Virus record (IMG/VR): IMGVR_UViG_3300025132_000022 | Span: 32,001 to 96,000 of that record | Direction: 5' to 3' (one strand) | DNA from: a virus | Length of the DNA: 64,000 bases | The notes under the pieces: generated by a model | Seen by the model: the letters and a program-made list of their open reading frames with translations, nothing else | Databases searched by the model: none | What the model was told of the DNA's origin: nothing | Program-made: the position numbers and the translations under genes | Shown: positions 9,461 to 17,665 of the stretch, one piece after another | How the letters are laid out: every line of letters begins with the position of its first letter | Numbering within the stretch: position 1 is the first letter of the stretch

Positions 9461-9799
9461 CTACCCTCTCACGTAGTCGTATATGACTTCCCAGTTAATC
9501 GGAATATAGACGGTATCTCCCAGATCCAGGTGCGCTTCGGTTGGTGCCAAATTGAAACTTGCAATAACCCACCACAATTCTGGGTTTCCGTAGTGTTCGC
9601 TTGCTAATTTAAAATACTTATCACCCATTTGCCAAAGCACTATCTCGTACTGTATTAGATCTCGGACTCTATCAGGAATCGTGATGTATCTAGGAGTGAC
9701 GTACTGTTCAATTTTTTTCACCCCACGTCCTTTAAGAACATTTTTATATCTCACACTTTGATTAATTCTCAATAACCTATTAGAGTATCTGCTTTCCAT
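9461..9799 (-). CDS. LysM-domain baseplate wedge protein (gp53/P2 gpX-like)
   Basis: GDKYFKLASEHYGNPELWWVIASFN...GDTVYIP LysM-like motif; synteny. Confidence 0.85.
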   Translation of the reverse strand: MESRYSNRLLRINQSVRYKNVLKGRGVKKIEQYVTPRYITIPDRVRDLIQYEIVLWQMGDKYFKLASEHYGNPELWWVIASFNLAPTEAHLDLGDTVYIPINWEVIYDYVRG

Positions 9800-10731
9800 T
9801 ATTTCTTCCCGTTCCCTGTCGCTTGATTCAAACTCTTCTTAGCGGCAGATCTATTCTTGGAGGACTTTGCACGCTGATTTTTTCTACCTGCACTGCCGCC
9901 AGTAGCTACGGCAACTTGACCACCTGTTTCCGCATCTCTGACCCTATTGAGAGGTGAATTATTGACCGTTGTAGATCCTCTTTCTACGTCGTGAGTCTTT
10001 CCGCTCTGCAATTCATAACCGTAGGGGAATCCTGATTTTGCTCCGCCCAACCAGGTACCGCCGCTCCAACCCAAAGAGTGTTCATGCACAACAACAAACG
10101 AAAAGTTGAGTTCAAAAACTTTCGGAACAAAGGTGTGACTCCTGTTTGTTGTCTTTCTTACGCCGTTCTCGATTCTATTGTATGCCTTCACTGCCTGATC
10201 TGACATTCCTGGACTCATGTGGTGAAATCCTGCTTCCAAATCTGGTGTAAAATCAACATTCTCGATCCATCCAGTCAGTCCGCCCTTCAATACACTTCTA
10301 GCGTTCTCTTCTATTGTAGCATTTTTTATAAAATTTGCAAACTTTACTTTTAGTAAAGGATAAGCGTTCATTGTGTTGGTGGTGCCGTTTTGTTTAAAAG
10401 ACGGGTATAAGAATGCCACAAGATGCTCAAATTGATGCATGTTGGCATATGCCTCCTCTGGAGTATATGAAGGAATGCCCAGACTAATGGAAATCCTTCT
10501 TGTGGTATTGTTCCAGGATCCGATCGGGTCAGCACGGCCGAAGACGTTTTGAGTGTTCCATGTGCTGGTGAAGTTTTCACTATAACTCGTCAACCAAGCA
10601 GGAAACACACACGCCTTGCCAGAAGCGACATGCATAATCTCGATGCTAAAACCTGCTTTTTCCAATCCAGATATATTAGGGTCTGCATTCGCTGCGTCTA
10701 CTGACCAAAATCCATCATTACTACCGCCCAT
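9799..10731 (-). CDS. Tail tube initiator/baseplate protein (gp48/gp54-like)
   Basis: FPAWLTSYSENFTSTW, FGRADPI, TTRRISISL, YP, GWIENV; lies between the tape measure and LysM genes. Confidence 0.65.
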   Translation of the reverse strand: MGGSNDGFWSVDAANADPNISGLEKAGFSIEIMHVASGKACVFPAWLTSYSENFTSTWNTQNVFGRADPIGSWNNTTRRISISLGIPSYTPEEAYANMHQFEHLVAFLYPSFKQNGTTNTMNAYPLLKVKFANFIKNATIEENARSVLKGGLTGWIENVDFTPDLEAGFHHMSPGMSDQAVKAYNRIENGVRKTTNRSHTFVPKVFELNFSFVVVHEHSLGWSGGTWLGGAKSGFPYGYELQSGKTHDVERGSTTVNNSPLNRVRDAETGGQVAVATGGSAGRKNQRAKSSKNRSAAKKSLNQATGNGKK

Positions 10732-10732
10732 T

Positions 10733-12955
10733 TTATAACCTCTTAACTGCGTTCAGTCCATCAGCAACCATTTGACCAGCCGCCCTCTCACTCATAGATA
10801 GTTTCAAATTTGACTTTTTGGCTGCGATTTCATCAACTATACCTGTGATCTGCTTTATCATTTTTGCCAGAGCACCGTCCGCTTTAGCAGCGTAAAATTG
10901 ATCATCTTTGTTAAAAACTGGAGTTATGTAGTTGTTGGCAGTCTTTGGTCTCGCCATAACTGGTTGTGTAGATCCTGGTGATCCGAACCCGTCGTTTGTT
11001 TCTTTGGGAACGTATCTTGATTGACCCTGTGCTTGGACGTTCAGGTTGTAGGAACTATTGAGTCCAGGTCCTTCGGTCTTTTTTGCGCTGCCTGAAGAAG
11101 ATCCACCTGCGAACTTCATACCACCTCCACTCCCTCCGCCGAGGTCCTTGGCAAGGGCCCGTTGCACACGCGGACTAACTGCAGCGCCACCAGCGTCGGG
11201 AGTTGTCCTTGGGGCGGCGTTCTGTTGCATTTCCATTCTTTCTTGCTCCATACGAGGACCTTCTCTCTCTGAGATGCCACCCTCAAAAGCATTGAACGCT
11301 GCAATACCTCCTGTAGTGCCAACTATAGTGGCAATTGTGCTTGCTCCTGCGCCAAACTTGCCCGCTGCCATTGCGAACATGAGTCCTGCAAAAACTATCA
11401 AGTTATCTGAAAAGAAGTCGATAATCCCAACTACGTAATCGGTCAATTTTATAAGTCCTGTCGGGCCGCCGATCAAATCAGTTAATTGACCCGCTACCTC
11501 TTCCAATTTTGACATCAACTTTGTGCCCACATCTAACTGCTGTGCAACTAGCGCTTGAGTGTCCTGCATCGAAACCGCAACGTCGTCCAGGCGGGCTCGA
11601 TCTTCATCCATTATATCAACTTCTTCGTTAAAATATTGTTTTAATTGCGCCACGTCACCGCCGAAACCCAGATCGAAAGACATTCCTCTAAGTCGCCTTT
11701 CACTCATCTCGCCAATCGAGCGGCCCTCTCTTTTCAAGGAGTCCATTATGAGTTTTCTCTTCTCCGCAGGTGACTCTGCTGCTAGTAACGCTTGAGCGCT
11801 CACTATCGGTGCGCCGAATGCAACGTGTATACTTTGAGCGAATTTTGCTGCTCCTTCAAAAGTATCCATGTTTTCGTTCATCTGCAAGAGTTTGTTTACC
11901 TCTATGCCCAACTTACTAGACATCAAGGCAGTGTCTTTAAAGATCTTTTGTGACATTTCTGCTTCGAATCTTGCCAGTATCGGCATTGCGTTCTTAAAGT
12001 CTGACAGCATTTCATTTGCAGGTCGACCTAACTCTCTTGACACGCCTGTAAGATTGAAAAGAAGGTCTTTTGCCGCTTCGGGTGTTTGACCAAATGCCTT
12101 TACTTGTGTTCCGATAATCTGTGACTGAGTGTTCATATCAACGCCCAACTTACTAATCACACCCATGCCTGTCGCAAGTGCTTTCAGTTGTGAGTCTGGA
12201 CCTGTAGTTAGTTCTGAAAATGATAAAAAGTTTTGTTTTAGAGATGAGGCGGCCTCTGCGGCGACGCCCTCAAGATTGGTACCTATCGCACCCATTGCTC
12301 TTGCAGTCTCACCAACGTCTAACTGGTCCCTGGTGATTTGTGCTGTTGAGAACAACTTCGCTCTCGCCTTGTCTCCCCTAAGCATCGTCTCAAACATTTT
12401 CGTGGTGATTGAAACCAATATGTTCGAAAATGTTAGTGTTTGAGATATCCCTTTCGCAAACCCCTCGATTAATCCTTTCTTACTTAAGTCCCCGAAACCC
12501 TTTGATATGCCAAACGTCGCCTGAAGCAACCTTTCCGCTGCTGCTTCTCCTTTTTGCATAGATGCACGAACATTCTCTTCAAGTTTGATCGCATCCCTGA
12601 GCGCCTTGAATCTGGACCTTGCTGCTTCGAGTTGTTCTTCATCCAACTCCTTTTGAGTCACCATGAACTCTATCTTTCTTTTAAGATCAGATGCTTCCTG
12701 GTTCAATAATTCAAGTTTTTTGTCCTCAAGATTAATGACTCCCTCAAACTTATCAGACTGTTCATTGAAGAGTTTTCTTATGTCGTCGTATCTTTTTGAA
12801 ATTTCTTCGACGGGCATGCCGCGTATGTCCATGACAGACTCGCCGAGGACTTCTTTGATCGCGATAAGAAAACCTTCAATTAATTTTGGATCTATATTTG
12901 AGTTTTTTGCCGCCTCGATGAGTTGTTCGGTCAGTTTCTTACTATCTTCACTCAT
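10733..12955 (-). CDS. Tape measure protein, paralog 2 (740 aa)
   Basis: Ala/Gly/Leu-rich helical sequence with a hydrophobic segment; canonical position; end-to-end similarity to 12952-15573. Confidence 0.75.
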   Translation of the reverse strand: MSEDSKKLTEQLIEAAKNSNIDPKLIEGFLIAIKEVLGESVMDIRGMPVEEISKRYDDIRKLFNEQSDKFEGVINLEDKKLELLNQEASDLKRKIEFMVTQKELDEEQLEAARSRFKALRDAIKLEENVRASMQKGEAAAERLLQATFGISKGFGDLSKKGLIEGFAKGISQTLTFSNILVSITTKMFETMLRGDKARAKLFSTAQITRDQLDVGETARAMGAIGTNLEGVAAEAASSLKQNFLSFSELTTGPDSQLKALATGMGVISKLGVDMNTQSQIIGTQVKAFGQTPEAAKDLLFNLTGVSRELGRPANEMLSDFKNAMPILARFEAEMSQKIFKDTALMSSKLGIEVNKLLQMNENMDTFEGAAKFAQSIHVAFGAPIVSAQALLAAESPAEKRKLIMDSLKREGRSIGEMSERRLRGMSFDLGFGGDVAQLKQYFNEEVDIMDEDRARLDDVAVSMQDTQALVAQQLDVGTKLMSKLEEVAGQLTDLIGGPTGLIKLTDYVVGIIDFFSDNLIVFAGLMFAMAAGKFGAGASTIATIVGTTGGIAAFNAFEGGISEREGPRMEQERMEMQQNAAPRTTPDAGGAAVSPRVQRALAKDLGGGSGGGMKFAGGSSSGSAKKTEGPGLNSSYNLNVQAQGQSRYVPKETNDGFGSPGSTQPVMARPKTANNYITPVFNKDDQFYAAKADGALAKMIKQITGIVDEIAAKKSNLKLSMSERAAGQMVADGLNAVKRL

Positions 12956-15573
12956 GCGAGTCCTCCATTAGTAGCAGCATAGGTTTTCCCCCCGACTTCA
13001 AGAGAAACGCTGGTCTCTGAATCCCTTAGAGTAATTAGTCCCTTCCTTAAATTGTCTAATCCTTCTAGAAGCGCGCCGTCATCTCTTGCTGTTTGGAAAT
13101 CCTTCTTTTTCATCGGCACAGCCTTCATTGCGGTGGGGGAGTCATTGATACTCAAAAGTTCACTGGATCTGTCTTTTGCTCGGTAACTTGGCTCAGTGAC
13201 GACATTCGTCTTTCCTCGCGCCAGAGCGTTGTTTTGCAACTTGGCGGCCTTGCCAACAAGTTTGCCGTCTGAGAATCCCATACCCTTCATGAGAGGTAAA
13301 ATTATATTATCCGAAAATGCCTGACCTATGGCAGATGCGCCTAACAATCGTCCGAGATATTGCCCCAACATACTACCAGCAGCGCGCAGGACCAGTCCAA
13401 CAATGAATCCTAAACCAGGCGCTGCAATGTTCAGCGCGTTGCCGATCACTGCGCCTCCAAGACCACCCAACCATCCGCCAAGGGCACCCGTCAATGCCTC
13501 AACTATAGCTCTTGACTTTGCTTTTAGGTCCAAATCGTCTCGACTCATTATAAGAGCAGTCTCACCTGCAGCGAAAAGAAACTCTATAATGGGAAATTTA
13601 GAAATCGTTTTCAAGATCTTGCTGTTGCTCAACGCTGATCCGATTTTGCTTGCGTACCTGGACAATATACCGCCGCTGGACTGCGCTGCTGCTCCGCCAA
13701 GTGCTTTAGTTCCCTCTTTGACTCCCATTTCGGTTACTTCGCCCGCAACAGTTGATGTGGCTACGGTTCCAAAGATCGTTTTTCCTATTTGTTTCAAGCA
13801 CCCACCAGCGCCGAGGGCGTTGTTTGCGGTGTTAACTGCTTTTTGGGCATTTATTGTTGCCTTGAGTGCTGTGATTTCCATCTTAAGCGCGGGTATTCTG
13901 ATCGTTTCGTCGACTTTAGATTTAAGATATGCTGCGCTGGCAGCGGCACCTGCAGCTAAGATAAGAGGTGCAGATATTTTCGAATGATCTGCCAAAAACG
14001 AGACTGCTCGGGTTATCGCAGGCATTGCCCTATAGATTGCAGAGTTTAGTCTCTGAACCAACTTCGCCATTGCTGCATCTATTCTGTCCGCTTGGGACAA
14101 GGATTCTCCAACATCTTTTATTATCTCTTCATCAGTCGCTGGACCTTCTTGGTTGGCGACGGCCTCATTAAAATCCGTGAACTGCCCTCTTACTATCTTC
14201 TGGAAGTTCTCAGCACTGACCCCTGCGGAACCCATATATCCCTGCATTGCCCTGATGACTCTTTGGTTAGGCGTTCCAAACTGTGCCTCCGCTTTCTGAT
14301 ATGCGTCGGCAATCATCTTAACCTTACCTGAAGCGTCAGCAGCGAGCAAGGCGACTCCATTTATAAAAGAACCTCCAAGTAAAGAATTCAACTTTGCTGC
14401 GGTCTTAAGTGCGTTTTCAGAAGTATCCAAATCCTCTGTCATTGCCATCAAGTCTTCCACTTTGATGTTTGCTTGTCTTGCCGTCGCAGCGAGTCTGGAG
14501 AACATCTGCGGTGCCTTACGCCCAAAACGAGCATACGTGGGCAAGGTTTTTGCAAAACTATCAAACGTCTCCTGTTGTGTCATTCCAGATTCTTTACCCA
14601 TCTTATAAAGAGTTTTAACCGTGGTATCCATCTCTTTTGATCCCATTCCGATACCCACCGACAAACTCTGATATATACTTCCCATTGCGGTTGTGGAAAC
14701 ACCCAGTTTTTTAAGTCTTCCAGACATCTTTGACATTTGAACAATTTCACCAGAATCTTTAAACTGCCTAAAGACCTTCATCTCTGACTGTAAGTCCGCT
14801 ACCACTTCAGCAGAGGCCATCAGACTACCTGGTCCGTATGCCGACGTAAGATCAGAACTTATATCAAGCAGTTCTTGTGTAAAATCACTCATCCCAGATC
14901 TTCTGAAGAGTTCACCTCTTGCCTTATCAGCAGTAACTGCCTGTTCTAGCATCTTTTTGGTGAGAGACATCAATATATTGGTCGCGGTAAGTGTCTCTTT
15001 CATCCCCTTGGCAAATCCTTGCACCGAAGCGAGGATACCGCCTGGACCGTCGAACGACTTACTGATACCAAGTGTGGACTGTAGCGTCTTTTCTGCAATG
15101 GCAGCGCCCTTACTCACGCCTTTCTGAAATCTGGCCTCTACTTCGAGTTGCTTCTTGAGTTGCTTATATATTTCTTGTGCGCGTTTAGCGGCGTCTGATG
15201 CCAGTTCACCTGCGACGGCGTATTTCTCTATATTATACTTAATTCTAGACATCTGCTGTCTAATAATTTGAGACTTTACCTGACTTGCTTCTTCCGTATC
15301 GTATGAGAGGTATTTTTTTGCATTTTCAAATGCCTCGGCATCCTTTTTAAATTGTAAAAGTATTTTACTGAAAAAGTCATTGGAATCCTGTAGTCCAGAA
15401 CCCCCTTTTTCGCGCCGTGCAATAATCCTTTCATACTCAGAAAAAATCGACTTAATAAGCGCTTGATCTGACTCGCTTATCTCAGGGGGTTCGCCGTCTT
15501 TGGGATTGTATTCACCACCTGTCTGGAACTTTCTAAATAGTGCGTCTAATTTTTGCGGATCTATGAAAGCCAT
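12952..15573 (-). CDS. Tape measure protein, paralog 1 (873 aa)
   Basis: Helical, Gly/Ala-rich hydrophobic stretch GALGGWLGGLGGAVIG; follows the tube and chaperone genes. Confidence 0.78.
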   Translation of the reverse strand: MAFIDPQKLDALFRKFQTGGEYNPKDGEPPEISESDQALIKSIFSEYERIIARREKGGSGLQDSNDFFSKILLQFKKDAEAFENAKKYLSYDTEEASQVKSQIIRQQMSRIKYNIEKYAVAGELASDAAKRAQEIYKQLKKQLEVEARFQKGVSKGAAIAEKTLQSTLGISKSFDGPGGILASVQGFAKGMKETLTATNILMSLTKKMLEQAVTADKARGELFRRSGMSDFTQELLDISSDLTSAYGPGSLMASAEVVADLQSEMKVFRQFKDSGEIVQMSKMSGRLKKLGVSTTAMGSIYQSLSVGIGMGSKEMDTTVKTLYKMGKESGMTQQETFDSFAKTLPTYARFGRKAPQMFSRLAATARQANIKVEDLMAMTEDLDTSENALKTAAKLNSLLGGSFINGVALLAADASGKVKMIADAYQKAEAQFGTPNQRVIRAMQGYMGSAGVSAENFQKIVRGQFTDFNEAVANQEGPATDEEIIKDVGESLSQADRIDAAMAKLVQRLNSAIYRAMPAITRAVSFLADHSKISAPLILAAGAAASAAYLKSKVDETIRIPALKMEITALKATINAQKAVNTANNALGAGGCLKQIGKTIFGTVATSTVAGEVTEMGVKEGTKALGGAAAQSSGGILSRYASKIGSALSNSKILKTISKFPIIEFLFAAGETALIMSRDDLDLKAKSRAIVEALTGALGGWLGGLGGAVIGNALNIAAPGLGFIVGLVLRAAGSMLGQYLGRLLGASAIGQAFSDNIILPLMKGMGFSDGKLVGKAAKLQNNALARGKTNVVTEPSYRAKDRSSELLSINDSPTAMKAVPMKKKDFQTARDDGALLEGLDNLRKGLITLRDSETSVSLEVGGKTYAATNGGLA

Positions 15574-15584
15574 TTAGCAGTCCT

Positions 15585-15893
15585 CTACTTAAATGGCCAA
15601 ACTAATCCTGTATCTCTTTCAAAAGATTTGATTGACCTATCTAACTTAAATTTGTCTCGAAACGTTTTAGGATTGTTCAGTCCGTACTGGGACAACGACG
15701 AGATATATCTTTTCTCTCCTGCCAGCGTCTTAACAAACGAATCTACTTGCTGTGGTGACCCCTTGACGGAGACTGGAAAGTATTCTCCAGTAAACAGAGC
15801 ATCCAGAATTAGTCTCAATCTTGCGCCCATAGCAACCAAGAAACTTTCGTCTATCTTGCTAAAGTCAATTACAATTGGTTTTCTTTTGTTCAT
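15585..15893 (-). CDS. Hypothetical protein (about 102 aa, probable start MNKRK)
   Basis: ATG at 15893 preceded by GGAG and an ACTATTTA motif. Confidence 0.7.
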   Translation of the reverse strand: MNKRKPIVIDFSKIDESFLVAMGARLRLILDALFTGEYFPVSVKGSPQQVDSFVKTLAGEKRYISSLSQYGLNNPKTFRDKFKLDRSIKSFERDTGLVWPFK

Positions 15894-15908
15894 AGGGGTC
15901 TCCACCAG

Positions 15909-15916
15909 TAAATAGT
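15909..15916 (-). promoter_or_regulatory. Putative late promoter ACTATTTA
   Basis: Recurrent motif; intergenic, upstream of the TMP-baseplate operon. Confidence 0.65.
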
Positions 15917-16105
15917 TTACTTCTTTGCCTTTTCCATTTCTTTGTTCCTTTCTTCAAAGTATTTAGAAAGTCTCTCAACAAACCACCTTCTGATGGTAAC
16001 AGGTAAGTCGTAAACATCGAAATAGTTCCAATTGCCGTGCTGAACAAGATAGAATATCTGTTCATGAACGTGCAACATATAGTCAGATGTCAGGCCAAAA
16101 AAACG
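15917..16105 (-). CDS. Tail assembly chaperone C-terminal extension (probably made by frameshift from 16083-16940)
   Basis: HEQIFYLVQHGNWNYFDVYDLPVTIRRWFVERL resembles GT-type chaperone extensions; the frame overlaps a T7 run; no SD before ATG 16078. Confidence 0.6.
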   Translation of the reverse strand, partial: RFFGLTSDYMLHVHEQIFYLVQHGNWNYFDVYDLPVTIRRWFVERLSKYFEERNKEMEKAKK

Positions 16106-16940
16106 TGGCCTCCAGGGGAACCTCCGTTTCGGTTTCCGCACCGCAATACATACACTCAAAGTCCTCTCTGAGTCTAACCGCTGGAACTAACTGGGAGTAG
16201 TTCTTTCTAAGGAATCTGGAATCCCTTGCTGGCATGTCGCCGATCATGTCGTTTAAATCCGAAGGATCAGATGTTCCATCAACCGAAACGATGATCGACT
16301 TTAAAAAATCAGTAGTGTTGGTTTCTGCTAATTTGTTCTTCTTTTTTGTGTTGATCCTGTTGGACATTCGAGTCTCATCCCTAGACGTCATAAGTCTAAC
16401 AGTAACCTGAAGACCTGATGTCGGAAGTGTGGTGTCAAAGTTACCATCTCTGTTTAGGGTGAAGTGCTCTGACTGTTCAAACTTTTCAAAATACTTATGA
16501 TAGTCTGTAAGGTCTACCGTTACATCACACTCTGTACTGCACTCTGGGCAAACAATCTTCACCTCATACTCGGGTCCATATCCCGTCACTCTTGCGGCAA
16601 CCATAATTGCCGACTTGTCGCCAATCAAGAGATCAGGAACCCTGATGTTCTGATCGACAAGAATATTTTGAATAAATTTATCAATCGCTACACCTTTTCT
16701 CAAAAGAGAAGGAGAAGTAAGAATATCTTCATCCCTTGCGGTCATGAATCTTATTTCCACCGTCTCTTGTCGGTGTAAGGGATGATTCTGGGGATAGAAC
16801 AGTCCCTTTGATGGTAGTTCGACAAATTCCGTGTTTGCTGTTCTTCTGACTGTTTGTACTGTCTGGTCCAACTGTCGGGGAGTTGGTTCTGTTTTTTCAG
16901 GAGGCGCTTGTTGCGCCATCCTATTTGAATTTCTGCTCAT
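16083..16940 (-). CDS. Baseplate hub/tail assembly chaperone (T4 gp26/gp51-like)
   Basis: VELPSKG, MTARDEDIL, YGPEY..CPEC, FECMYCG, ends ATFFWP; follows the tube gene. Confidence 0.8.
   Translation of the reverse strand: MSRNSNRMAQQAPPEKTEPTPRQLDQTVQTVRRTANTEFVELPSKGLFYPQNHPLHRQETVEIRFMTARDEDILTSPSLLRKGVAIDKFIQNILVDQNIRVPDLLIGDKSAIMVAARVTGYGPEYEVKIVCPECSTECDVTVDLTDYHKYFEKFEQSEHFTLNRDGNFDTTLPTSGLQVTVRLMTSRDETRMSNRINTKKKNKLAETNTTDFLKSIIVSVDGTSDPSDLNDMIGDMPARDSRFLRKNYSQLVPAVRLREDFECMYCGAETETEVPLEATFFWPDI
16097..16103 (-). other. Putative programmed frameshift site (ACG TTT TTT TGG, T7 run)
   Basis: Slippery run a few codons before the chaperone stop; a +1/-2 shift enters the downstream ORF. 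Confidence 0.55.
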
Positions 16941-16992
16941 TAAAACCTCACTTTACTAAAACTATTATAAACTAAAATAAATATCTTTTTTA

Positions 16993-17622
16993 CTAATTCG
17001 TTCCTGGTGCTAATCCAGAAAGTCCTGCTGCAGCACCGATTCCAGAGTTCTGTACCTGGGCAAGTGCACCTCTATTTGATTTCGATGGATCTTTTAACTC
17101 AAGATTTGCCCAATCGTATCTCATTGTAAGTTCCACGTTTACAAGGTCATCTGCCTCGTAGTCCAAGTCGCCGAAGTTCACACTCTTAATCCATGGATTG
17201 TACAAAGACCACGTTTCGATTGGTTGTCCAATCTCATTGATCGTGTGAATATAAACTCTCCCTCCAACAGCACTCGTTGCTGCCTTCTTGGAGAAGGTAA
17301 CAACCTTACTGTCCTGACCTCTAGAGTCATTTAAGAAGTTGTGTGGTGGAACGTACCCAGACAACTCAATAAGATCAAGCATCGTCTTTGAGGCATCTGG
17401 ATCCACTGGGTCGACAAGAGTCATACTAATCTCTTCCCATTCTAATCTACCAGGGTAATAGAACTTATAGTTGATGAAACTGTGTTCAGATTCTGAAACT
17501 GAAAAGTTCGGTTTACCTGTAGTCTTTACAATCCATTGCGGAATGCCGTTAAACGATAACAAAAATCTATATTTTCTCTTTGGCTCAATTGAAGCATCGG
17601 ACCAAAATTTCTGAATTGCCAT
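16993..17622 (-). CDS. Tail tube protein (gp19-like)
   Basis: EPKRKYRF, YYPGRLEWEEI, IETWSL.NPWIKSVNFGDLDY, LTMRYDWA; directly after the sheath gene. Confidence 0.88.
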   Translation of the reverse strand: MAIQKFWSDASIEPKRKYRFLLSFNGIPQWIVKTTGKPNFSVSESEHSFINYKFYYPGRLEWEEISMTLVDPVDPDASKTMLDLIELSGYVPPHNFLNDSRGQDSKVVTFSKKAATSAVGGRVYIHTINEIGQPIETWSLYNPWIKSVNFGDLDYEADDLVNVELTMRYDWANLELKDPSKSNRGALAQVQNSGIGAAAGLSGLAPGTN

Positions 17623-17645
17623 TATAAAAATCCTCCTAACACTAT

Positions 17646-17653
17646 TAAATAGT
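17646..17653 (-). promoter_or_regulatory. Putative late promoter ACTATTTA upstream of tail tube
   Basis: Exact motif in the short intergenic region, followed by an AGGAGG SD. Confidence 0.7.
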
Positions 17654-17665
17654 GTCTATTATTTT

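Noticed and set aside
12952-12955. One TMP split by a frameshift
   Set aside because: The two ORFs are homologous to each other end to end, and the second has its own GGAGG SD, so this is a duplication
13328-13987. Plus-strand 219-aa Ala/Pro-rich ORF
   Set aside because: Antisense shadow of the Gly/Ala-rich TMP region
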